NCBI RefSeq assembly: GCF_024521635.1
Contig: NW_026250404.1
Coordinates: forward strand, 434,001 to 498,000
Length of the DNA stretch: 64,000 bases
Direction of reading: 5' to 3'
Source: Tricharina praecox
Taxonomy: Eukaryota
The position numbers and the translations under genes are program-made. Shown here piece after piece: positions 11,584 to 22,802 of the stretch. The notes under the pieces were generated by a model. The model was not told the DNA's origin and ran no database searches. It worked only from the letters and a program-made list of their open reading frames with translations. Numbering within the stretch: position 1 is the first letter of the stretch; every line of letters begins with the position of its first letter.

Positions 11584-14457
11584 TTATCGCGGGAGTTTGT
11601 GTCTAGGGGTCGGATTGATGGATGGATGGATGGATGGAGGGACGAGACGATGAAGGATGAAGGATGAAGGGATTGATTTGACAATTCGAATGATGATGTA
11701 GCTATGGCTATGGATATGGATATGTACGGGAGGAGACACGACCATGGGAGTGATGATGATTATGATGTAGCCCATTTTGATTTATTTTTTTTCATTTTTA
11801 TTTTTTTCATAGGCAGTTTTCATAGGTTATTGTAGCATAGGTAGGCATGGGGCATAGCGTGGATGTCGTTGGGATGTCGTTGGATGGGGATATATTATGT
11901 ATGGCCTCTAACTATTGGGGCTGAATGTATGAGGATGATTTGGAGGATTGAGGGTGGTGCTGGGTGGTGGGTGGGTGGCAGGCGGGGTGGGAATGGGAAT
12001 ACCTTTTTCACTACGATACATAGCAGTTCCAAATTCCAAAACTTCCTTCCTTCCTTCTTGACTTCCTGTCTTCCTTGAACCTTCGTGACGTTTCAGATCC
12101 TTGGCCCACAATATTCGCATCGACGGAGACTACGTGCGTATCTACTCGGATTCCAGTTCGCTCCATTATCGATCCATGAGCAGGCAGTATCGATAATGCA
12201 CAACATATCATACGCACTGGGGGGGGGGGGCATGGCGTCTGCGCTTACATACCCCGCACCCGCAACCCGCAACGGACCGGACTTCCATCCGTGGGCGGTG
12301 GCGGGGCGGGGCCACGAGGGGAGGGGGGGCGGTGGGAAACTTCAGGACACCTGGCGCTTGCTCTCGCTGTCGGTATGACTGGATCCTTCACTTCCCTCCA
12401 CACCGCCTCCCCTGGCCTTACGTGCGAATGTATGTGCATGCGTGCGTCGCGTTACATACCTTGCGTTTCATGCGTTGATGGTGGAGCGTCGATGGTGGAG
12501 GGGAAACCTACTACCTGCTAGTATATATCGGTGAGGTAGGTAAGGTGGGTAAGGTAGAGGTGTTTTATTTATTGTGCATGGGCCGGGGGGTTGGTAAGTA
12601 CTCTATATACATTGTTTGTACAGTAGTGATCGATCGCGAGAGCGAGGAAGCCTGAAGACTGCGGGTGGAAGCGGGTTGTGGGTTGTGGGGAAACAGATGC
12701 CGTGGGTGGATGCCGGGTGGTTGTGTTACACACATACACACATATGGTGAGGTGAGGTGGGCCTGGGGGCGAGTGAGGCGAGTGATGCAGTGAGGTATGG
12801 ACATTACCATCCTACTATGTAGCTGCGCTGGGACCTGGGTGGGCAGCAGATAGTTCCAGATCGTGTACTCTACATACTTGGTACCAGATACACACCAGAT
12901 ACACAGTTACCGGGCAGATGTTTGGACCCGGGATCGACGAACGATGGAGGGGATGGAGGTGATGGAGGCGGTGTTTCGTTGGCGATTGAGTTTACCTACG
13001 TTACCGTACCAATAGGTGGGTTTGGTAACCCTGGCCACTGGCACTACTACTAACTACCACCACCACCACCACGCACGTGAAGAAAGAGGCTGGGCAGTTC
13101 AACTACAGTAGGTACTATATGCAACATGAGATAATAGGGATAAGATGTAGTATGTGGATGGATGGATACCCCTCATCACATGCCACCTCTCTCATCAACC
13201 AGCATTCGAACTCGAGCCTTGTCGCCCAGTAACAAGTAGCCATGAGAGTAAGTATATGATGAGCGACCAACGGGATCAGCTGTTCTGCAGTATGTACATT
13301 ACTTAGACCAGCGGCAAACTCGCATTAAGGAAGGAAAGGACGGGCCCTTTACCCACGTCCATCTGTTCTTCCCAAGCAATCTTATCGCTCACGGCCGGCA
13401 TATACCACAGCTACAGCCCACCGATGATGCGCTGCAAGGCGGCGAGCTCGTACTGCAGACCTGCGGTCAATCCATGCTACATTGTGTCAAGCCGAAACCA
13501 CAGTACCGGCATCCTTCCAACTCACGGTACCGGCATCCTCCCAGCATGCGTTCCAGATACTTCCTCTGTAGGTATGTAAATATGTTCTTTAACGTTGGCT
13601 GCATGCGTAGGTATCTGAATGATGTGAATCGGCCGTGTCCGAGGACGCATGTACCTATCATACATAGCAGAAAGATGCTTGAGCTCATTCCGGGCCCGTG
13701 GCACAGTTGACTTATGTACTCACTACGGCTGCGAAGTCTGCGCAAAGTGCAATGTTGACCTGGTGAGTTCGTTGGGTCAACACACGTTTGAGGGGGTTCG
13801 GGGGTCCATATGGATTAACGTAGCCCGCCGTGGAAGGGAATAGGAGATGATGAAGGAGGAACTCTGCTGGGGGAGCCTCTCGAAGACAGGAATCGTTAAC
13901 AGAGAAGCTGTGAAGGTACGTAAGAGGTCGTGGAGCTTAAGCTCCGGTCTAGAGCTCCACCAGATCACCCCGCGGTTCACGCACTAGGTAGCCCATTGCA
14001 AAAAATCGCAGATGTAAATGTACATATGTCGGTGATGCGCCATTATAGTCGGGGTAACTCGCCAACAAGCAAGTTTCGGTTCTGCGGAGGAGGGTAGGTT
14101 AGGGGAAATACTTGTGCAGATGCCCGGGAAGACTCCGGCTGGCTCTGATACTGTGAGGTGAGTGATGTACTATGATGAAGACCTTGAGCCGCTCAAGTGA
14201 ATGGCAATACGAGTTTACATAAGTACTCAGTGGATAATGTGTAGAAGATTTGTTTGGCCTGGGATTGTATTTCCTGGTGAAGTTGAGAACGTGCTCCGTC
14301 AATGAGATGATTGGGTTTATGCTACCTATCCTGGCCACCGCGCATGTGAAGAGGCTGAATAACTTCAGCCACAGCTCCTAGGTACCTTGTCGACGTAAAG
14401 AGTTCTTCGCGTCTCCCAACACCACAACTCAATACCCATTGAACCACATACGCAACG

Positions 14458-16532
14458 ATGTCCGACAACGACGACACAGTAATGGCCGGGACGAAGCGGC
14501 CCGCACAAGAGACTCCCGACGATGGCGGTATGTACGCGAACCTCTCCACAGGTTAATTCGGTAGTCCGTGCTAACGTCTCCCAGAGAGCTCTTCCTCGGA
14601 CGATGACTTTGGCCCATCCCTCCCTCCCTTCGGCGGAGCACAAAAGAAGAAGAAGCGACGGACGCTCCCCAAAGTGCTCGAGAAACAGTACCTTTCAGCG
14701 CTCCCCACCGCCGCGAGATACAGCAAATCGTTGATGCACCGGGACATCCTCGCGTTCGTGACCATCACGCCGCTAACGGACTTTTTGATCACGACGAGCG
14801 TCGATGGCGTGGTCAAGTTCTGGAAGAAGATGGCAAGCGGTATCGAGTTCGTCAAGATGTTCCGCGCCCATCAGGGCGAGATTGTCGCTGTGGGCGTGAG
14901 CAGTGATGGAAGAAGCTTCGCCAGCGCGGGAGTGGACAAGAAGGTCGTTATTTTCGATGTGGTTACGTTTGGTATTTCTCGGACTCGCTGGAGAGCTTTG
15001 CGGATGGGACGGATAGCTGACTGATGGTAGACTTGCTGGCGACAATCACGATCGAAAATACTCCGCGGGCGATATGCTGGGTCCACCGCCGAGGCTCGCC
15101 GCTGCCCATGCTCGCCATCTCCGACACTGTATCGCCGGTGATATCCATCTATGACGGCCGAGGCGAGAACCAGAATCCTGCGCCTCTCCACAGGCTCACC
15201 AACCTACACCGAAGCATAGTCCATCTGATGGCGTTCAACGACAAGTACAACTGCGTGGTCTCGTGCGATGAAAGCGGCATGGTGGAATACTGGGCACCGC
15301 GCCCCGAGCGCGAGTTTGAGAAGCCGGATTCCGTCTTTGAGTACAAGGCTGGCACTGGGCTGTTCGAGTTCAAGAAGTCGAAATCGGTTCCCACCTCCAT
15401 CATCATGTCTCCAACCCAGGAGTCGTTCGCTACCTTCTCACACCCGGACAGGCTCATCCGGGTGTTTGATTTCCCCTCCGCGAAGCTCTCCCGTACCTAT
15501 GATGAATCCCTCACCACCCTAGCAACACTGCAACAAGCCTCATCCGCAACCAACAAGCTACCGGATATCGAGTTTGGCCGGCGAATGGCCCTCGAGTCAT
15601 CACTGGACTCGGCGGCACTCCGGAAGGCAAACATCATCTTCGATGAAACGGGCAACTTCATAATCTTCGGCACTCTCGCGGGGATCAAAATCCTAAATCT
15701 GTCCACCAACAGGCTCGTGCGTACCCTTGGTAGGGACGAGGCCATCCGTCCCATGAACATTGCCGTGTACCAAGGCGCGCCCTCCAAGAAGAGTGTGATG
15801 ACCGTGGAAATGGCGGCCTCATCCAACCCGCTGCTCGAAGAAGCAAATGTCCGCGATCCGATGATCTTCTGCACCGCCGCGCAGAAACCGCGGTTCTACA
15901 TGTTCAGCAACGACAATGCGGCGTCAAAGTCCGAGCGCGATGTCTTCAACGAGAACCCACTCAAGGAGGGTGTCTCGGCTTCATCGAAATCACTCGAGCG
16001 CCGGCCGGGGGATACAGGTGCTGCGGCAATCCTGCACACTTCGATGGGTGATATCCACCTCCGGCTGTTCCCTGAAGCCGCACCCAAGACGGTTGAGAAC
16101 TTTGTTACCCATGCCAGAAACGGGTACTACAACGGCACGATATTCCACCGTGTGATAAAGAAGTTTATGATCCAGGGAGGCGACCCGCTGGGTGACGGCA
16201 CGGGTGGAGAGAGTATCTGGGGTGGGGAATTTGAGGATGAGTTTGGCTCACTCAGACACGATAAGCCATATACTCTCAGCAGTGCCAATTACGGACCGAA
16301 TACGAATGGTAGTCAATTCTTCATCACCACCGAGAAGACAGTTAGTTTGCCCCCCAAGTGATGTGGAAGTCGAAAATACTGACGAGATGTGTAGCCGTGG
16401 CTCGATAACAAACATACCATCTTTGGACGTGCGACACAAGGACTGGATGTCATCCATAAGATTGAGAACGTAAGAGCGTTCAAAGACAAGCCCGAGGAAG
16501 ATATCAAGATCATCAGCGTTACTATACTATAG
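14458..16532 (+). CDS. cyp15: WD40-repeat cyclophilin peptidyl-prolyl isomerase (PPWD1/Cyp15 type)
   Basis: N-terminal DDDFGPSLP and [11 protein letters not shown]40 repeats, and a C-terminal cyclophilin domain ([27 protein letters not shown]...[11 protein letters not shown]). Three GT-AG introns. Confidence 0.93.
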
Positions 16533-16701
16533 ACATGGTGTTTAAGTGGACTATTTTTATCGCGCAAGACTGCACATATCAATGTGCCAGGACCACTTCA
16601 TTCTCGTAGCAGAACCCAGTGACACAACATTAAGTCGACCCAAAGAAAGAAAAAGAGGCACTCCAAACTCCAGATGAAACCCAAGCTGCTCTCTCCCTCC
16701 C

Positions 16702-17339
16702 CTACACCTCAACCTCCATCGCCGCAGTGCCCGCCGCTTTCTCCGCAGCCTTCATCTCCATCTCCACAAACTCCTCCTTCTTCTCCAACGTCGCGCCAAT
16801 AAACTGCCTCAGCGTCGCCCAACTGCCGCCGACAACACCCTCCTTCTTCTGCCCCTTCTCGCCCTCCAGAATCGCCAAATTCTTGCCAAACCGCTCACAC
16901 TCACTCTTGAGCAACCTCTCCTTGCGCACCATAGCGCCAGGACGTGACTTGATCGCCTTACTGCCCATTCCGCCCTTACGCTCACGCATTGCGCCCTCGG
17001 TGCCAGCATCCTCGGCGCCAGCCAGCGCCTCGGGCAGCGCGGCAGCAAGCGAGTCGATGCTCCCCAGCAGCGCGGTGTTGGTCTTGGGTCGCCGCCGCTT
17101 CATGATCTTGCTCGGCGCCGCTTTCTTCTCGATCCGTGAGATGAAGTCCGCGTGTCGTGCGAGCCGCACGGATTTCTTCGGGTTGCGCGACGTCAACGCT
17201 CCCGCCGAGGGCGTGAGCGAGGATGTCGCTGCTCCTGCTCCCGAAGAGGAGGACGGGTGGCTCTTTTTCGTGCGGATTGTGGCGCGGCCCTGGAGTTGTT
17301 AGTACGCGCTGTGTGGGTGGGGAGGGGGGGCAGTACCAT
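16702..17339 (-). CDS. SLX9: Ribosome biogenesis protein Slx9/FAM207A-like
   Basis: ATG-only first exon, then an intron (GTACTG...ACTAAC...CAG), then MGRATIRTKK...RHADFISRI...KRRRP...SLAAALPE...SRPGAMVRKERLLKSECERFGKNLA...WATLRQFIGATLE. Confidence 0.75.
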
Positions 17340-17629
17340 CTTGAGGATTATTGGTGAGGGTTGGGAAGGTGTGAGGTTGAACTTGAACTTGACTTTGAGG
17401 GAGTGCAGGTGGGGCACTAGATTTTTGGGTTGCGCTTTTTAGCGGGGGTCTGGGACCCTGGCTATCGCTCATGGATGCTCACTCGTTTAATACAACCGGT
17501 CGGGGGAGAATAATGGGCGTTGAGTATGTAGAGAGCACATGGCGTAGTTATTATTCCAGAGATACAAGAATGTGGGACGAAGGTATGTAGTCTAAGAGGT
17601 ATGTACTTCCCACATATTTTCACAGACTC

Positions 17630-19339
17630 CTACAGACTCCTCCCGCTGCCCCCGTCCAGGCCCGCCGTCTCGCGGCCAATCCTGCTATCACTATCCCTCT
17701 TCCCCCTCTCATCCCTCCGATCCCCCACACTCTTTTCCAATGCATTCAATGCTTCCTCCAGCATACACCTACTCCTCTGGATATAATTTGCATGCATCAG
17801 AATGATGGTCTTCCCCAGCTCCCTACCACTCATGCCGACACAGTTTTTCGCGCAGTTCCACAGTCTCGTGGACGGAGCGTCGGGGAGACGGAAGAGGCTC
17901 AGGGAGGCTTCGGTTGCGCAGGGGATCGGGGATGGGGAGATGATGATTCCAGCCCGGATTAGTTCGTGCAGTCCGGTGCGAAGAATGCTGTAGATTGCGG
18001 GGGTGGAGGGGGTGTCAATGAACTGTTTCATATCTGAATGGATAGGGAGTCAATGACGGAGATAGAGTATTGGTGGAATGGGAATGGGAGATACCGGCGC
18101 GGTCCAGGAATGCGGGATCCATGGATTGTAGGAGGTTCGAGGTCGTCAACACGATCACCTAGGCCTGGTCAGTGGCTACGCATGTCTGGTAACGGGGGAT
18201 TGGAGGACATTGTTCTTGGTCCGTAGCTTGTCCAACGCGGTCAGGAGGGCGTTCACAACCTTTTCTCCTCAGTATTCGTCTTCGGGCCCGTTTCTCATAT
18301 TCAAAGCTCTCACCCTGATTCCGTCATTCGGCTCCCCACCACCAATAGCCTTCATTCTCGACGGCAGTAATGTCTCAACCTCATCTATTCCGCCAACACC
18401 CAGTCAGCACTTCTCATTCTCTCCTCCCCAACCATCTAAATCCTTCACTCACCAATCAACAAAACAATAAACACTCGCCCATCCTCCAAAAGCTTCAGAA
18501 TCCGATCAAACATCTGTCCCACCAACGTAGCCGACTCCGAAAAGTACTTGGAGAACAGATTATGACTATTGATCTCGAAGAGCTGGCATTGCGGATACTG
18601 GGCTGACAGGCGGATGGAGAGCTTCTGCGCCAACGCCCGGGCAAGACTAGTTTTTCCGCTCCCGGGAGGACCATGAAGGAGGATCAGTCGGTTGAAGCCA
18701 ATACTCATCAGGTCGACCTGCTTATCGGCGAAGAAGGCTGCGTTCGTATTAACAACCTCCGCTGGCCAGTGCGAAGGCGGGGGGGACGGACATATCGTGG
18801 ACACGAAACTCAACAGTTTACTCTTCAGGCCAGGCTCAAACATCAACCTTTCCCCTCGTTAGCAAGACCCCCCCCCCCCCCCCCCCCCCCCCTGGCCATT
18901 CTGCCTGGGGCAACATACGAATCCCAAAGTTTGTCCAGCGAAGCTGCGGGAAGATCCATGATCCGGTAGGAGTTTTCGCTGGTATCCTCGGGTCGGAACT
19001 CGCGCTCGCGCTCGTGGAGAAGCTTGTATACGTGGACGTGCAAGTGGACGTCGCTCAGCGGGACGATGTCGGCTATGCCGACGGCCTCGGAGACGTAGAG
19101 GTCTTCTACGCCGGTGGGGAGGAAGGCGCATTGGTCTAGACATAGAGTTAGAAGTGGGCACATATACCGAAGAGAGGCGGTGAACCGGTCGAGGATATGT
19201 GCTCTTCCACAATCAGTGACTTGAAGTTTTCGTGCAGCCATTTATCGATTGTCGCCGCGAGGGCGGGTTTATCTGGGCATGTTGTCTCCTCTGCGAGTCG
19301 GACTTCCACGTGTAGCGGAATCTTGGAACCGGATGCCAT
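17630..19339 (-). CDS. PCH2: Pachytene checkpoint AAA+ ATPase Pch2/TRIP13
   Basis: N-terminal PLHVEVRL, Walker A LLHGPPGSGKTSLARALAQKLSIR, EINSHNLFSKYFSES, Walker B LLIDEVE, EPNDGIRVVNALLTALDKL, TTSNL...DPAFLDRAD and GMSGRELGK. Six introns reconstructed. Confidence 0.92.
18868..18892. repeat. Poly(C)25 tract (poly-G on the transcribed strand) within a PCH2 intron
   Basis: Read directly. Confidence 0.9.
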
Positions 19340-20541
19340 TACGGTAGGGTAGAGGTTTGTGCGATGGTCGGGTGTTGTGGTCGCTGGAAGGGAGTTGTAT
19401 GCTGCATGCAGTTTGGAACACTCTGCTTCTGCAATGACTCCGTGAGTGACATTTGGTGTTTTAGTCCTACTATGTACAATACATCGAGAAGGAAGTACCA
19501 GACGAGTCGAGAAGACAAACAGCAAGGTTCCCTCCAATCGTTTCGTTTCAGAAGAGCGGTTTATGCACCGCCGCTACCGGTTAGAGGGAATGTGAATGTG
19601 ATGTTTGCGCGCGACGAATCACTTTTTTTCCCGCAGAGATAACATTATCCCTCTTCTATCGGGGAATTTGCTATCCAATGATTACAAGCCCCACTTCATT
19701 CTTTTGGAAATACATCGCGATGGTGAATTCGTTGCCCTCTCGATGAAACTAACGAGTCATTCCCTGTGATGGGCAGTGTTCGCCTGTGTGGAATACATAG
19801 TGTGTTTTCATGCGAGTAAGATAGATCCCCGGACGGTTTCATCTGTGCTCGGCCTGAAGCTAAAGCTGTAGATTGTTTCGAACCACTCTGCAGACTTCGA
19901 GATATCTCCATGTCGTCAACTGATCGGCTTTCAAAATCTCTTGGTCTCGCTGCCGTAGATCCTGCTGTCCTCTGCAGCTGTTGGCTATGAGTGGCCAGCT
20001 TAGCAGCCTATAAACGAAGCAACCTCACCTTCAGCTCACCGTGTCCAACTCTCCCCAAAGTCCCGCATCGAACGCATAGACTTCGCCAGATACTACCTAT
20101 TATTCCTAACTCTATTCTATTCCTCGAATCCTCCCAAACGAGCAACTGCCCTCGAGTAGCACGACCCACCAACTGCAGCCGCCCGCCTTTTCCGTCCACA
20201 AGACCGACCCCGACCTTTGAAGTTCCCAAACTCCTGCGTAGGTACTTTGTTCGTGCACTTTCCTCGCTCACACAGCCTCTCCGCCAAAACGTTGCACGCG
20301 CACGCGAAACCGGTTCGTGCTGAGTACCCTTCCTCCCTTGCGTGCGACGTTGCATTGCCCCCTCCGCGACCACCACCACCACCACCACCACCGTTACACC
20401 GGTGATTACAATACATACCAGAAATACCAGTCCCTCCTTCGAAGCTCGAGAAACATTCTTACTCCTCTTCCCTCCTTCTTTTGCTCCACTCCACCTCCCA
20501 CCTCCTCCACCAACCTCCTCCTTCTCTCAGCACAACAACGG

Positions 20542-21969
20542 ATGTCTCTGTACGAAACTGCCATCTCAGCATCTCCAACCGTATACACAATCGTCAAAGG
20601 AACAATCGTGGCGTCCACCGGCATATCGATCATACTGTCGGGATTGCTTTACTTCAAGCAATCGTTCGTCTACCCCGTCCCATTTTCCTTTCCCGCGCCG
20701 TCGACGTCAGAGATAGAAGGCACGCGACCAAAATGAATCGATTGGCTAACTCGGACACGACGCGCGCATTGCTTTCTGCAGGTCGCTCATCTACCCGAGA
20801 GATCATCCCGAGGGAGCACGAACCGAAGTCCCCACGCCCGATGACTACAAGATCGAATCATGGGAACGAGTCAAGCTCTTCACTAAGGACGGAGAGACGT
20901 TGAACTCGTATTTCTTGAAGGCCGACAAGCCTGCCGGCGTTACGGTACTTGACCTAACCTAAGCCTTCCGGGCGCGTGCATCACCGACTGGACTGACGCG
21001 TGATGATGATCCCCTCAGGTCCTGTACATGCACGGCAACGCTGGTAACATCGTCTGTGCGCCCTCGTCCCTGTTGAAGGTACCCAAAGGGAATGCTGACG
21101 GATGCGTGTGAAAAGGGTCATCGTCTACCGCTCGCTAGAGTGTTCTCGGACAATATGGGCGCCAACGTGTTTATGCTGTCGTATCGAGGGTTCGCAACTT
21201 CTACCACCGCCGTGCCGTAGGCAGGACAAAGACAATACCTAACTCGTGCTGTAGCTACGGTCTCTCTACCGGCCGTCCGTCAGAGAAGGGACTCCTGATA
21301 GACGCACAGACGGCACTGGACTACCTCATCGACCGCCCCGAGGCAGCCCAGACCAAGATCTTTGTGTACGGGCAGTCACTCGGCGGTGCGCTCGCGATTC
21401 AGGTGGCAGTCAAGAATCAAGGCAAGGTCTCCGGGTTGATCCTTGAGAACACCTTCCGCTCCATGAGAACGCTCATCCCGAGTGCTTTTCCTCCGGCAAA
21501 GTACCTGGCCAGACTATGCCACCAGATCTGGCCCAGCGAGACCACCATACCATTGATTGAGAACACACCAACACTGTTCCTGAGCGGACTGAAGGACGAG
21601 CTCGTCCCGTGAGTTTCCACCCCACCTGCTACTTCCCCCCTCTCCCCCTCATCATATCTAACAAACATTAGCCCGGACCATATGGTAACCCTCTTCAACT
21701 CCTGCGTCTCCCCTAAAGTCTGGGAAACGTTCCCCAACGGCTCCCACAACGATACATTTACGGAGTTGGGCTACTTCGAGGCGATATACCGGTTCATGAA
21801 GAAGGTGATCCAAGAAGAAGAGGTTGGGCCAAGAGATGCCGTGATTGCATCCCCTTCATCGGCACCTACTGCTCCCTCCTCCCCACGTTCTTCCTCCTCG
21901 CGATCAGGCACTAAGGGAAAGAGGGGCTCACGTACTCCTTCTCCGGCTTCCTCCTACTCGAAGTCGTAG
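20542..21969 (+). CDS. bem46: Bem46/ABHD13-family alpha/beta hydrolase
   Basis: N-terminal hydrophobic helix, QSSLIYP, YMHGNAGNIGHRLP, SYRGYGLSTG, nucleophile motif YGQSLGGA, LFLSGLKDELVP, GSHNDT. Five introns. Confidence 0.9.
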
Positions 21970-22802
21970 TCTACCACTCACTGCTTTACTAAACATCTGT
22001 ACCTGCTTTTCTTATTTGTGTTCTCTTGATTCGATGGGTTCAAGTTTATGTATCTCCGGTAACTCAGCTTTCATCCTTACTTATATTGCGCTTCTTTTCT
22101 GGTTCTTTCCCTTTTTCTTGTGGAGTTCGGGTGGGGCGGGTGGTTAATTGATCGTTGACGTATTTCTGTTTCTATGTCTGACCTGTCTGTTTTGCATCCT
22201 TTATCTTGCGACTCGTATCCTATGGTTCTGTTCTGTTCTGTTTTAAACACACTTTGATAGTATGAAGACAATGTGGTTATGTTTTTTGTTTCTGTTTTTA
22301 TAAAGAGATAGTTCAATGGGGATATGGAATCTTATGGCCTTTTCTTTGTGGGTTACAAGTGGGGGGGTTATGGTTTATGATGAGCAATATGGATTTATTG
22401 TAAGTACATGTTTAGAACCAGAGGTTTGCGGTTGTGTGAGCGGGCTGGGTTTGGATTTTAAAGTATGGGTGCAGGTATCTTTGCTAGGGAGGGAATATAA
22501 AATGCGGTTTGTGGAGAATCCGTGGGTTGTGAGGCATGTGATTCTGATTCACACGATGAGAAAGTACCAAATTGACTGAACAGACTCCGTTAAGACCTCG
22601 CAGACACTATGCTCTGTACAATACTATTCTAACCAATGTACCGCACAAGCCAAAACAGCGGTAGGTATGTCCTGGCACAGAAGCCCGAAGCCCGCCCTCT
22701 AGTTATCGCAAGTAACAAATAGATTATACGCCTTTCATCCCACACGCTACGCATTTCCATTTCCATTCATCTCTCTCCCTCTCCGTTCCGTTCACGGTTT
22801 CA

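Noticed and set aside
13200..14350. Possible small gene upstream of the cyclophilin
   Set aside because: Only short ORFs in inconsistent frames, with no recognisable product.
18176..18178. In-frame TAG in PCH2 as a possible A-to-I-edited premature stop or pseudogene lesion
   Set aside because: It lies in a 50-nt segment with a branch site and AG. Read-through would still be frameshifted, whereas splicing restores the conserved motif.
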